A DNA stretch of 64,000 nt from Cladosporium halotolerans (lineage: Eukaryota), in NCBI RefSeq assembly GCF_011745625.1, contig NW_027191493.1, positions 1-64,000 of the forward strand. The letters run 5' to 3'. A program made the position numbers and the translations under genes. The notes beneath the pieces were generated by a model. The model was not told where the DNA came from and searched no databases. It was given only the letters and a program-made list of their open reading frames with translations. Position 1 is the stretch's first letter; each line of letters opens with the position of its first letter. Shown in pieces: positions 23,064 through 36,267 of this stretch.

Positions 23064-24413
23064 TTACGATCCGTTGCCGTTGACCTTCGCCTCCTGCTCC
23101 TGCTCCTGCGTAGGCGGCGGAAGCGACTTGGCCGGGGCCGGGTTCAGAACATTAGCCGCATCGATCAGAGGTGCGGCTGGGTTGAGCTCGAGGCCAAAGC
23201 CCGGCTTGTCCAACTCGCTGACGTCGAGGTAGCCCTTCGTAGGAATCGGCTCGTTGCTGAACAGGTTGCCGAACACCGGCAGCACGCTGCGACCGTCCGG
23301 AGAGTTCGCGAGGTACTCCTGGAAGGGGCTGTTGGCTTGCGACACGACGAAGTGGTAGCTGTAAGGCCCGCTGGCGTGAGGGACGACGGGAAGGTCGTAC
23401 GCAGCCGCCATGGCTGAGACCTTTAGCAGCTCCGTCAGGCCGCCGACCCACATCACGTCCGGCTGAAGGATGTCGATGTTGCGGCCCTCGATCAGCTTGC
23501 GGAAGCCGTAGCGCGAGTACTCGTGCTCGCCCGTCGTGAACTTGATCGTCGGGTGCGCGCGCTTGATCAGCGCGAACCCGTCCACGTCGTCCGGCGACAG
23601 CACCTCCTCCCACCAGTCGATGTCCAGGTGCTTGCACTTCTCCGCCAGCTCGATGATGTACGACACGTTCAGGCTCATCCAGCAGTCGACGCGGAGCGGG
23701 AAGTCCGGCCCAAGCGCCTCGCGGTGCGCCTTCAGGTATTCGTAGTTCTTGCGGAGGCCTTCGCGGCCTTCGGCGGCGCTGTAGGGCAGAGCGACTTTGG
23801 CGCCGGTGAAGCCCATTTCTCTCGCCGCTGTGGGCTGAGGGCCTGTGCAGTAGAAGTCGAGCCTGTCGCGTGTCGCTCCGCCAATCATCTTGTATACGGG
23901 CTCGTTGCGGATCTTGCCGAGCAGATCCCATAATGCGAGATCAATGACTGAGATGACGGCGACTGGAAGGCCTTTGCGGCCGTAGAACATGGAGGCTCTG
24001 TACATTTGCTCGAAGAGATTGTTGGTGTCTCTGGGGTCTGTCGAAATGATCAGCGACTACCGAAGACTTCAGGAATCACAGTAACACATACCGGAGCCGA
24101 TCAAAAACCTCCTGAAGTGCTCTGCAGTCAACCAGCAAGCTGGCGGGCCTCCGAACCCAGTCGCAAAGCCCTTAGAGCCATCTGTTGCCTCGATCTCAAC
24201 GCAAAAAGAACCCAGCACGTTGATGCCGAAGTCGGTTCTTGAGTTGCGGTACTGAGGGTAGTGTGACATGGGAGTGGCGATTTTCGAGTCGATCAGCCAG
24301 TGGCCACCCTTGACATTGTGGTAGTCTCCGCCGGCGCCCACGCCTTGGACGAGGAAGGTTTTGATCTCCTTGATCCTCGGGAACGAGGTCACGTTGCTGG
24401 TGGTGGACGGCAT
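23064..24413 (-). CDS. LRA3: L-rhamnonate dehydratase (enolase superfamily), intron 24038-24091
   Basis: GAGGDYHN..GHWLID..ATPMS, SFCVEIEATDG, MFYGRKGL, VDCWMSL, WWEEVLSPDD, TGEHEYSRYGF, QPDVMWVGG, VPHASG. Confidence 0.93.
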
Positions 24414-24766
24414 TTTGCCGGATGCAGATTGCTAGTCGGACAATCTGTTTTGAGGTGGAACAATGTTCAGGTTACTTTCTTGAGATGTTCCAATTGCTTA
24501 GCGGAAGAATGCGGAACTGGTTAAGAAGATGGTGTGCGAGGAGGATGAAGAAAGTCAAGACAGACGGCAAAAAGAACAAACCGTCAGACTAGTATACTTT
24601 TCTTGCCGACAACCTGGTGGGTCGTCATCAACAGCCGAAGGAGACATATTCGGCCGTGAGGTAGCGAGTCCGCGTACCAGATCACCTGGCGCGCGTGCAG
24701 ACGACGTCGTAGCTCGGCAAGATGGCGTCCACTGGGACGAGCAGCGGGCCACTTGGCGCAGGCTGT

Positions 24767-24785
24767 GCGGGGTCTGGAGCTGGGG
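24767..24785 (+). promoter_or_regulatory. Three tandem CreA/Cre1 consensus sites (SYGGRG)
   Basis: GCGGGG (24767), CTGGAG (24774) and CTGGGG (24780) in the lra3/rhaR divergent promoter. Confidence 0.5.
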
Positions 24786-24819
24786 ACTGGGAACAAAAAC
24801 CCGAGCGCATCCCGCCTCT

Positions 24820-24836
24820 CGGTTGCTGCTTTCCCG
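24820..24836 (-). promoter_or_regulatory. Putative RhaR site CGG-N11-CCG (CGGGAAAGCAGCAACCG on the minus strand)
   Basis: Fits the CGG-X11-CCG spacing described for RhaR; 14/17 identical to the site at 50201-50217. Confidence 0.65.
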
Positions 24837-24849
24837 CGAGCCGACCGAG

Positions 24850-27566
24850 ATGTCGTCCAACACCAACCAGACGCCAAAGAGCGACGATTCGCCCGGCAAT
24901 GCCGCCGAGCAAAGAGACGAGGAGCTGTGGAGTGGCGAGGATGATTATTCGGATGCCGGCGGCGCTGACGGCGCTGATGGAACCGGCAAACGCAAGCGAC
25001 AGAAGACCTCGCGGCCGCTGAGCGTGTCGTGCGAGCTGTGCAAGTCGCGCAAGGTATGCGTGATCGACCTCACTTACTCGCTCGCCGTCGCTGATCAGCG
25101 GTGACAGGTCAAGTGTGATCGCGGCCAACCACGCTGCGGCTGGTGCGTCCGAAATGGCCAAGCTTGCGAGTATAGAGAACGCAAGAAGCCTGGCTTGCGC
25201 GCAGGTAAGGATTAGTCGTCATGGCGGCAAGGCCGCACACGAAGCCATTATTTCGATGTGAAGGGCTGTCAGAGCGAAGAGTCGGAAACTTTGACTGACT
25301 CTCTGGACATTAGGGTACGGTAGAGAGCTGGAATCACGTCTCGGTAAGTACCACATCATACACGCAGCGGGATAACCAGCCGACTTCGATGTGTACTTGA
25401 CTAATATCTCTTCCAGATAAACTGGAGGGCGTTCTGCAGACGCAACAAAATCTCTTGCAACAACTCACAAATCACATAAGCGGCCAGTCACCTGGAAACC
25501 ATCAATCACCTCACAGCGTGCAATCTCAACATGCGCCACAAGCTGAGGCCGCGTTGTATATGCAGACAACAGCCAACATGTATCCTAACATGCAGGCGGC
25601 TAATGCATCATACTCCGGTCCTGCACAGCTCAATCAACCACAGCATCAGCAGCAATCGCAGGGGCGACCTTCGCTGCCATCAGCTCAAGTGCCACCGCCG
25701 CCCGGTGAATCATACACCGCCGTAAACCCGCCTTTGGAATCGCCCAGCTTGAACATTACATCGGCTTCGCAAAGCGGTATGGTCGCTAACGCTGGACCGA
25801 ATTCGGTGACTCAAGACCAAGATTTCCCTCCTTACGACCTCTTGTATGCTCTTACCGACCTTTTCTTCAAACACGTCAATACATGGTGTCCTATTCTTCA
25901 CAGGAGGACGACTTTAGACTCGCTCTTTGGCCCAGCAGCTTTAGAAGAGGACGACCGAATACTTCTTCACGCGATTGTTGCCACTACACTCCGTTTCTCC
26001 GCGGACAACCGGCTGACACCGCAAGCACGTGAACGGTATCATGCAGTCTCAAAGCAAAAGGTACTGCTATATGGTCTAGAGAACAGTTCCGTCAAAGCAT
26101 TGCAAGCTTTGGTCATTCTTGCTCTTGATATTGTTGGCAGCTCAAACGGGCCTCCTGGTTGGAACCTTCTAGCACTGATGGCTAGGAGCGTGGTGCAGCT
26201 CGGTCTAGCTGTCGAGACTACGTCCTCATCAGTGTCGCCTGTCTATCCGTCCATCTACACGCTACGCGCGATGGTATTACCAGAATCCGTGTCTTTCATC
26301 GAGGACGAGGCGAGACGAAGGCTGTTTTGGATGATCTACCTGCTCGACCGATACGCGACTATTGCAACCGCTTTCGAATTTGCCCTTGACGACAAGGAAA
26401 TTGACCGCAAGTTGCCCTGTCGTGACGACCTGTGGGCACGCAATCAGCCTGTCGAGACGAGATGGTTTCATCCTCCAGACCGTACAGAGTATCACGAGGA
26501 CGTGCCGGACAACCTTGGCTCGTTCAGCTACTATATCGAGATTCTGGGCATTCTGTCGCAGATCCATCGGTTCCTCAAGAAGCCCGTGGATATTGGGGCT
26601 CTTTCTGACGTCGAACAATGGCAGCAAGAATACCGCCAGCTAGACGGCAAGCTGAACACATGGAAGTTTAGCCTACCCAGCGAGCACGGGAACCTGTCGC
26701 GGCTCTTTGACCCCAACAGCAGCAGCAAAATCAACTGCATATGGATCATGCTGCACATCACATACCACACGTGAGTGCTCAAACATTCCTGTCTGCCATC
26801 GAACTTAAGCTAACACTACCAAAGCACCGTGATCCGACTCCATTCATCCGCAGCCTACCCGACCACGCGATCGCCAATCTTCACGCCCTCCTACAGCGCT
26901 AGCCAGCGTTGCCACTCCGCCGTCGAAGACATTTGCACCCTATGCACCTACGTCCGCAACAACAACATGCTGACCAAACTCGGCCCGCCCTTCGCCTTCA
27001 GCCTCTGGGTCGCCGCCCGCCTCCTCCTCGTCCACGGCTCCACCATCGACCACCAAGTCAACCCCGCCATCCACCCGCTCGTCGAGACCCTGCGCGAAAT
27101 GGGCTGCTATTGGGAAGTCGCGCAGCGCTACGCCGTGCTCCTCGCCCGCGTCCTCGAGGAATACCACGACAGCGAGCGCGCCCCGCCCGGCGTGAACGGC
27201 GTGCGCGAGACGCCTTCCACCGTCCGCATCCTCGCCGACATGCGCCGCTGCGCTTACGATCTCGACTTCCTCATCTCCCGCCAGCCGAAGCCGCCTAACG
27301 CGAAGGTCAACGCTATCACTCCTGCGCGCACGCCGGCGCCCAACGAGCTGGAGTACCTGGACGTGTTTGACTTCTTCAACATGCCTCGGCTGCCGTTCCC
27401 TGCGGGCGCGGAGGCGGGTCTTGCTGCGGGCAACGGCGATGCTGGGGCTGGGGCGGGCGCCGGCGCCGAGTATCAGAGTATGGAGGGGAACGGGAACAAT
27501 GAGTTTAATATCACGAATTTCATGTATGATGCGAACTCGGATTGGTTCATGAAGAATACGGGTTGA
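24850..27566 (+). CDS. rhaR: Zn2Cys6 transcription factor, L-rhamnose regulator RhaR-like (introns 25054-25107, 25205-25313, 25344-25416, 26771-26824)
   Basis: Spliced CELCKSRK|VKCDRGQPRCGWCVRNGQACEY..KKPGLRA|GYGRELE; fungal TF middle region (RRRLFWMIYLLDRY); divergent from lra3. Confidence 0.85.
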
Positions 27567-28385
27567 GAGCTGGAGGGACTCGGGGTGGAGGTGGGAGTGT
27601 GTTGAATGATAATTGGAGATTGTATCTAGCCTGCTTCTTGGATGATGCTTTCAGCTGTCGATAGTCTAAGTTTAATCTAGTCTTGTACTATAAAGGTTTC
27701 ACAGAGACGATGATGGTGTAGTGCCATATCATGACCCACTGCGAAGTGCCTTTGGCGTGTCGTGATCGATCGACTAACAGAGCAGACAACGAGAATCGCG
27801 ACGAAATGGGACAAATAGGACAAGTGGGCCAGATAATATTGATGCAGCATGTGTTTGATTGAGCTGAGCTGTCTGATCTGTGCGTTCCGACCAGGAGCCA
27901 AAGGACACGCAACACCCTCCTCCCATACGACGGCGGGCTGGACGAGCCATGAAGATAGCATCGTACCCTGCAATTTTCCTCCCTCCCTCCCCTCCCTACC
28001 CTCTCTCTCCACCTCTCTCTCCCTCCCCACACCTCTGCTCCCCCACAGCCACCGCAGGTCCTCGCGCATAGAGCAGCGAAGCGCGGCGGAATTGCCGAAT
28101 TAGCCAGGCAAGCGATGAAGCATCGCAAGCCCGATTTCGGAGGCTCCGCGACACGGAAGCAGGCAGAACCAGCTGCAAGCCTCGCGACGTCGGCCGGGAG
28201 CTGGGGAACTCCGATTAGGGACAATCAAGCGAACAGCCAGACAACAAAGTTTGAAACGAATGGCGAACGGGCGACAGCAGCGTGTCGTCTCTCCTAGGAA
28301 AGGGAAGTTGGTTCCGCGCATTGCTCTGCGGAAGAGCAAGCAAGGGGTTAGAAAGCAAGCCGTGCCCCGGCTGGGGCTGACGCGC

Positions 28386-29177
28386 CTATCTCCTGACAAC
28401 GACGCCCTGGCGGCGGGTTGCGCGCTCCGCCTTGTACTCGTCCTCGGACTCGGAGGAGCACTCGGAGGAGTCAGAGTAGCCGCAGCGGGAGCCGCCGCAG
28501 TCAAGCTTGACGCGGGCGCCTGCGCGAGTGATGCCGTAGCGCTCGCAGGTGCAGCAGGAAGAGGAGCTGGAGACGGACGACGGGGTGCTGGAGCCGGAAG
28601 AGCGGGAAGTGAGCGACGGGACGTCGGAGTCGGAGTCAGAGTCGTCCTCGGAGTCTTCCTCGGAGGAGTCGGAGTCTTCGACGGAGGCGGCGGCGAAGCG
28701 GGCGGCGAGCTGCTCGACGGTCGGGCCGGCAAAGGTCTCGGAGCGCAGGGCGGCGGACGCGTGCGGCTTCTGGGGCTTCGGGGACTTGATCTGGGACGGG
28801 CTGAGGGAGCGGCCCTTGGGGACGTCGGAGACGCGGCGGGCAGCGCGGGCGGCCTTGTCGGTGGCGGAGGGCGCGGAGGGCTTGCCAGACGGGATGTCAA
28901 GGACGTTGAGCTTGCGGCCGGTGGTGGGCTCGACGACGGAGTCGCGGGCGGGGTCGTGCGAGACGTGGTAGCCGTCGATGATGTAGTAGTACCAGTAGCG
29001 CTGGCCCTGCTTCAGAGTCTTGCCCTGGAAGCGGAAGGTGCCCTTCCAGCCACCGGCTTTGGCGGCATCCTTGGAGAGCGGGAGCTGGCCGTTGTAGTTG
29101 TCCCAGGAGCCGAGCAGATGGACGGACTTGCAGTGGGCGGAAGTGCGGAGAGTGAAGTTGAGCTGGACGGCGGCCAT
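28386..29177 (-). CDS. esdC: EsdC-like protein with N-terminal AMPK-beta-type glycogen-binding domain
   Basis: MAAVQLNFTLRTS..VHLLGSWDNY..YWYYYIIDGYHVSHDP and C-terminal CTCERYGITR..LDCGGSRCG. Confidence 0.8.
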   Translation of the reverse strand: MAAVQLNFTLRTSAHCKSVHLLGSWDNYNGQLPLSKDAAKAGGWKGTFRFQGKTLKQGQRYWYYYIIDGYHVSHDPARDSVVEPTTGRKLNVLDIPSGKPSAPSATDKAARAARRVSDVPKGRSLSPSQIKSPKPQKPHASAALRSETFAGPTVEQLAARFAAASVEDSDSSEEDSEDDSDSDSDVPSLTSRSSGSSTPSSVSSSSSCCTCERYGITRAGARVKLDCGGSRCGYSDSSECSSESEDEYKAERATRRQGVVVRR

Positions 29178-30283
29178 TGTGATGGTTGTGTTGGCTTTTT
29201 TGGAATTGTCTGGGTTTGGCTGAGAATATTTGGCGAGCAAGAAGAGCTGATTAGTAGCGTATTGTGCTTGTTTGGCTTTTGTGGTTTTGTTGATATGTCG
29301 ACCAGCGACAATAAATGGCTAAAATGCGTGGGTTGGATTATTAGTTTGAGTGAGTATGAACAGCGAGCACCAGGCTCTGGAACAGAAAAGATGAACTAGA
29401 AAATGGGAACTAAGAAACAGCTCTCGAGGTTGACAGGCTTGCTAAGGAGAAAAGAAAGAGAAGCGCGAGAGACGCCTCAAGCGCATATACTTATGGAAAG
29501 ACTGAGAGGGCGGCGACACGGCAGGCTGAACAGGTGGGCTCGATGCAGTGCGATGCGACTATCGGATGGCCGCATGCCAGCGCTAACAGACGGGCTCGAG
29601 TGGAAGAGCAGACGGCGGGTGGTCGGCGATGGTGGGAGGTGGTGCAGCTGAAGGCGTGAGGTTCGCGGTTAGAAGCTGGCCATGATTGGATCGCGCGGTG
29701 GGCCCAGCACGCTTCGGTCGAGCCAGTGAGCGCGCGCGAAGCCTCTGGCAGAAGGACGCACAGCAAGGATGCGGACGTGATGTCCTGCATGCGGCACGCT
29801 TAGCTGATGTTATCTTTGGCATGCCAGTCCTTGCTTGCGGGCGGGGAGGCATTGTTCAGGACGGAAGTAGGATAGCAGGTGCAGCGTGCATTGGCCTGGG
29901 CGTCTATGTGCAGGTGAGTATCCGACTGACTCTGTGCATATGCACTCGTTGCATACGCCATGTGAAGAGTGCACGATCGCGGTCGTCGGATGCAATAGAG
30001 TCGAGTGCGCTGCTGGTCCTATACGCCAGCTGCGTAGTCAGTACGCAGGTTGTGTCGAGTGGCTGGCTTGTGCTACTGACATTGCATCTGACTGCTCCAT
30101 TTGGTCAGTAACTTTCCGAGATGCATCGGGTTAGTCTGATAGTCCGTCTGTGAGTAGCAGTAAGAGACGACAATTGGTGTCTTGAAAGATACGAAAGGAG
30201 CAGTCCTCGTTAAAATACAGGCTCTTTTTTGACAGTCTACCTAAGCTGAGAGAAGGTGAGGTTTTCCGGAAATGTGCAATTGA

Positions 30284-31978
30284 CTACTCTTCTTCGCCAG
30301 CAACCAACAACTCGGCCAATTCCTCGCGACTCAGCGTACTCTTTCTTCGCTTCGCCCTGCCGCGGATCTTAGTCTTCCTCACCGGACTGAAGATCTGGCC
30401 CAGGGTATCATCGTCTTGCAGCTCATCCGCATCGTTCGCCCCGTCGAGCTGCGGGGCAATATCCTTGCTGCCAGCCTGGCGGTGAGCTTCTCTTGCCGCC
30501 TGCACAGCTGCTGCTTCTTGAGCAACGGCATCAAGCTTCTCGTTGAGAGTCATTTGCACCTCGGCTGGCTGCTCGCTTAGGTCTTGCGCTTCGCTTGTCT
30601 CTTCGATGTCATGCGGTTGCTTTGTCCCTTGCAATCGTGCAGTGTCTAGCGATGTTTTCTTCCCAGGAGATTTCTGTGCAGTTCCAGGGGGGCGAAGGTC
30701 GAACGTCGCAGGAGGTTCCAAGAGATCACGTTTCCGTTTTGATGCGCTCGTTGAACCAAGGCTGCCAGTGAGCTTCGGAGCTTCCAACATCATGCTCACA
30801 TCCTCAATGTCGTCCGAGTCGTCCGGCAAAGGAATCTCACTTACTTCGCCTTCGACGAAACTCTGGTCTGGCTCTTCGTCGTAGGCTCCGTATCCAGCTT
30901 GCTCGTCTCGAATGGGCGAGCAAAGACCCATGCCCTTCTGCAAGTCCTCAAGCCTGAGTGTTTCTCCAGTATCCATGCGTCGTCGCCACCCGTCCATCAT
31001 TGCCAGAACATCCTTCCAGCGCTTTTCCATGTGCTCCCATCCTTGCCGAAGACGGATGATCTCGTCATCCCGTACCTCAACCTCTTCTACCGACACAAAG
31101 TTGGGGTTTGTGAGAATCCTCTTCAAATGCTCCAGAGTGTTGTCGAGCTCCGTCGCCAGTGTCTCATAAGATGTTGGCAGGGCATGCACCAAATCATTCT
31201 GCTTCCCATCGACAAACTCATCGTTGCTCCCTCGGCTTCCGATCGCGCTGTCAGGCATGCCTTGTGTGTTCGCTGGCAGCCCAAGCAAATCCTTCATAGT
31301 CCCCAGCGCTTCACGCAGCAACCCGATCAGCCCATCGTTCTCATCGCTCAAGCCCTGGCTGAGCTGCGTCAAGAACTCCGTCGTCTCCTGCTTCAGACTA
31401 TACTCGGGGTCTCCCACTTCCCTCCCCTCGCTCTCCCGCTGCTGTCTCCTGCCACCACTGATCGTCATGCTCGGCGCCACAACGCCCGCCCTGTTTCCCC
31501 TCCTCTGATCCTGAAGATGCGCCTTCAGCCTCGCGAGCTCCAAATCCCTCTTCTTGACATCATTCGCGCACTGCGTCCGCACCTGCGCCAGCGAAGCCTT
31601 CAGCCGCCCAACCTGCTCCTGCAAACCCTTCACATTCCTTTCAACCTTCCTCGCATCCTCCCTCGCCAGCCGCTCCGCGTTCTGCGCTTGCACGGCCTCG
31701 CGCGCTTTCTCCTCGCCTTTCGTCTTCAGCCGCTCGATCTCGCCGTTCTTCCGCGTGTCTTCGGCGCGCACTTGCCGCACGGAGAAGGACAGTTGCTCGT
31801 TGCGCTCTTTGTCGCGGTCGGAGCGGAGCACCAGGTCGTGCACGAGGTTGATGATCTGCGCGCGCGACTCGCGCGAGGGCTTGACGAAGTCGATTGAGGC
31901 GCCGTTGCGTAGGAGGCCCCGGGCGAGGAGCAGGTTGTTGAGGTAGGTGGAGGCGGTGCGGAGGGACTCGCTGTCCAT
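30284..31978 (-). CDS. Afadin/alpha-actinin-binding (ADIP; Msd1/TinA-like) coiled-coil protein
   Basis: 564-aa ORF; ASTYLNNLLLARGLL..IINLVHDLVLR followed by a long coiled coil (QVRTQCANDVKKRD). Confidence 0.75.
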   Translation of the reverse strand: MDSESLRTASTYLNNLLLARGLLRNGASIDFVKPSRESRAQIINLVHDLVLRSDRDKERNEQLSFSVRQVRAEDTRKNGEIERLKTKGEEKAREAVQAQNAERLAREDARKVERNVKGLQEQVGRLKASLAQVRTQCANDVKKRDLELARLKAHLQDQRRGNRAGVVAPSMTISGGRRQQRESEGREVGDPEYSLKQETTEFLTQLSQGLSDENDGLIGLLREALGTMKDLLGLPANTQGMPDSAIGSRGSNDEFVDGKQNDLVHALPTSYETLATELDNTLEHLKRILTNPNFVSVEEVEVRDDEIIRLRQGWEHMEKRWKDVLAMMDGWRRRMDTGETLRLEDLQKGMGLCSPIRDEQAGYGAYDEEPDQSFVEGEVSEIPLPDDSDDIEDVSMMLEAPKLTGSLGSTSASKRKRDLLEPPATFDLRPPGTAQKSPGKKTSLDTARLQGTKQPHDIEETSEAQDLSEQPAEVQMTLNEKLDAVAQEAAAVQAAREAHRQAGSKDIAPQLDGANDADELQDDDTLGQIFSPVRKTKIRGRAKRRKSTLSREELAELLVAGEEE

Positions 31979-33122
31979 TGTTGCTGGTTGTGAGCCTGAG
32001 CTGGCTCCTTGTGGGTAGATGCCGACGTGTTGGAGGGGCTGGGGGTATTTTTGTGTGGATGTTGCTGCATTGGTTCCAGTGTTTACTCGGTGAGCGCTGC
32101 GAAGTCCCCGCTAGCGCCCAATGCGGCTAAAGCCAAATAGCCCGCTGCCACCCAAGCTGAGGCGCGACGGGCGTGATCTATCAGACATGATTTCTTTTTT
32201 CAGGACTGTTCTTCGTGTCTTCTCGCGAACATGACGATTGAGCTACATTCGATTAATGCGGATGCTTGTTGTGGTCATCACGTGATAGTCCGGCCAATGT
32301 CTCTGCCTCGAGCGCTCGGTCAGATGGGAGGCGCTAAGGAAGAACCGACGAGAATGCCTCGGCCAAAACGTATCGGGTGAACAAAAGATATATGCACGCA
32401 AGTCACAGAAGCACCGAGGACACGCCTGTATTTCTACTTTGACGATCGTACGTACATAGCGGATCCCAAACTCGCAAGTCACTCGTGCATTGAAAATCAA
32501 TATGCCAGATAGCCACGGGCGAAGGCGCACGCCAGCAGGGTCACGTCTTCATCGTCACAAGCCACCGAAATCCTCATTGGCAGCATCAAGGGATGGGCGA
32601 GAGTCAAACTCACTATCCCGGTTCGTTCTGGTCTCGGCTCCATTCGAATACAATAGCGCACGTCCCTAGGCGTGCTGTCTCCACGCTTGTGAAATCGTTC
32701 TGTAAATGCCTCGGTCCGTGATGGACTGCGTAACAAGTAACCACATTCAACAGACGGCGATTCGGTCCAATATATTGCGAACGGCAGCGAAAGGTACATC
32801 GGTACAAATTCTCGACACCACAATCCTGTAGACATTTAGTCTTTTCCATCATGCCATGCGCCTACACGTGCATACAAGCGACAGGACAACATCCTTCTCC
32901 CAGCTGCGGGGCAAACTCTCCACATGCCTGGAACCCACTTCGCTCGGCAATCGCTCGTCCACGTACGTCGACTCCCACTTATCCGGTTCTGCGCGAGATG
33001 CAGAGGCCCAAAGACGCCAAGTGTATCATTCTGATCGAGAGCTTAAAGCCTCACGGCGCCCCCATGGAGAGTCCCGATGTAGGTAAACCTAGACCCTTTC
33101 ACATTACTCATTCTCAGCAACA

Positions 33123-33749
33123 ATGGCTCCCTACCTGAACGGTGACATCGTCGACCCCTCCGAGGGTAAGACCGATCCCGCCTACCCCATCACCTTTCAA
33201 GGTCTGGACAAATACTGCGTCTATCACTCGCACGGCCAAGACGGCCTTTCAAACTCCCTCCGCGCCAAAATCGACCTTCCCGCAGGCCACCTGATCGGCT
33301 ACATCACGAACCATACGCCCCTCAAGAAACCCGCCTGGTCCTCCGTCCAGACCGGCCCCAATTCGCACATCGAGCTCAACAGCCCAATGCTTTACATCAA
33401 CCACTCCTGCGCACCCAACGTCGAGTTCCGCATGGTCTCCCCCGACGCTCAAGGCAACTACCCCTCGACAGACTCCTACGCGGTCCGCGAAGGCCAGCCC
33501 GCGCCTACGCCTGGCGAGTTCGGCATCGCTGGCGAGCTTCGCGTCGCGGGCAACAGGGACCTCAAGGCTGGAGAGGATCTGAGCTTCTTCTACCCTTCTA
33601 CGGAGTGGGACATGGGCAAGCCGTTCCAGTGCCTGTGCGATGCGCCCAAGGATGTTTGTCTGGGGAAGATTCAGGGCGCGAAGCACGTTGATCGTCAGGT
33701 GCTGGGGAAGTACTATGTGAACCCGCACATTCAGGATATGCTGAAGTGA
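33123..33749 (+). CDS. Small stand-alone SET/post-SET domain protein
   Basis: YINHSCAPN, RDLKAGEDLSFFYPSTEW and post-SET FQCLC..C.G.IQG. Confidence 0.88.
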   Translation: MAPYLNGDIVDPSEGKTDPAYPITFQGLDKYCVYHSHGQDGLSNSLRAKIDLPAGHLIGYITNHTPLKKPAWSSVQTGPNSHIELNSPMLYINHSCAPNVEFRMVSPDAQGNYPSTDSYAVREGQPAPTPGEFGIAGELRVAGNRDLKAGEDLSFFYPSTEWDMGKPFQCLCDAPKDVCLGKIQGAKHVDRQVLGKYYVNPHIQDMLK

Positions 33750-35231
33750 GGTGGTGTTGAAATGAGTTTGAGCGTTGCTGCGTGGCGTAGGGCGATGTGG
33801 GGAGTTGGGAAAACCGTGTGATATACTGACGAATACTACCTGTGTGAATTATTACCGGTCGTCCCATGCATCACTTCAGGCGGAATGGAGCCCGTGTGAG
33901 CAGCAATGTGCTTCAGATGCCGTGCGTCTCCGTTGTTTGAAGACTGACGGACTGCACGCAGCTGATGAAGTCAGCCTCAGTAAGCACTGCATCATCAACC
34001 TCTGTACGAGCTCTACGCCTTTCGCTCTCTCACAGACAGAGTCGTTGGGGAACCATGCTTCGGGGCTTATCGGGGAAAACATGAGACGTAAGCCCATGCA
34101 GGACAGAGTCACAGGGCAGACTTGCTTTTGCCGGCCCTGTAAATAAACACCAGGCGTGGAGTGCCGGTGTCATTGGCTGACGCCCAATGGTAAGCTAAGC
34201 CACGCGTGGGCGTAGGACGACCAAGGGGAGCCCCTCTTCCGGCGTTTCGCGTCTGGCCGGCGTGTCGAGAAGGGAGGAGGAGGAGGAGGCGTGCACGGCG
34301 TGGCAGACGGGCCACGGTGGCACAGCGAGCAGCAGGCGAGGTCGAGGAGAGCCACGCGAACTGCAGCCGGCGATCTGTTGCGCGCACCCAGCCCAGCCGG
34401 ACAGACCGCAGCAAGGGCCTCGATCGGCGGCGAGAACGCGTCGTCGAACGGGCTGGCGTGGCGGCATTATTATTATCACTCGCCCGACCCCACCACACAA
34501 AAGCCCCTCGCGCCTGAGGCATCACGTGCTTCACCGCCCGCCTCGGTGACGTTAGGGACGCGGGAGGCAGCTGCGCTTGTCGCCCAGCACCCGCTGCGCT
34601 CCCCTTCCACCTCCACTGCAGCTGCCTCGCAAGAACGCAGCCACCACACCCGCACCCGCAAAACCCGCCCGTCACCACCACCACCACCACCACCACCGCT
34701 CCCACACCACCTCGCGTCTCGTCGACACACCCGCCCTGCCACACCAGCCCTGCTCTCGCCGCCGGCTCCCACGCACAACACCACTCACTCACGTAAGACT
34801 CATTCCCCTTCCTCCCGCCCCGCCCACCGCCTGCAAACCCTGTCTGCCAAGAGCGACCCATCGCGCCCTGCGAATCGACGGACCGGCGAGCCAGACCTTG
34901 CGATGCGCCGCGAGATGCGTACACCACATCAGACCAGGTGTGAAGGCCGCGAGGGCGTCGGAGAGGGCATGTGGGCGGACAAATGCCACGCCGGCTTGCT
35001 GTCGCTGGAGCCGGCTTCATTGACGCCGGCCGCCTCACATGTCAACAAACTGGGGTCGTGGTTGTGCATCAACTTCCACGAGCGTGACCGGCGTCGCTGA
35101 GCCTCCTCTGCGATCGAGCCTGAACTGCACTACCGGGCGTGCCTGGCGATCGGGATTGCTTGTTGCGCTATTTGTTTGTGGGGCATCAACACTGACTCCG
35201 ACACCAGACCATATTTCGCTAAGCCGTCAAA

Positions 35232-36267
<1,036 letters not shown>

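Noticed and set aside
28100..29399. Long ORFs 28251-29399 (+) and 28100-28900 (-)
   Set aside because: Antisense and alternate-frame shadows of the GC3-rich esdC gene.
32095..32200. GAAGTCCCC resembling RNase MRP CR-I
   Set aside because: No complementary CR-V element found downstream; it lies in the ADIP gene promoter.
34109..35100. Overlapping 270-310 aa ORFs upstream of 14-3-3
   Set aside because: Low-complexity Arg/Pro/Ala products of a GC-rich promoter region.
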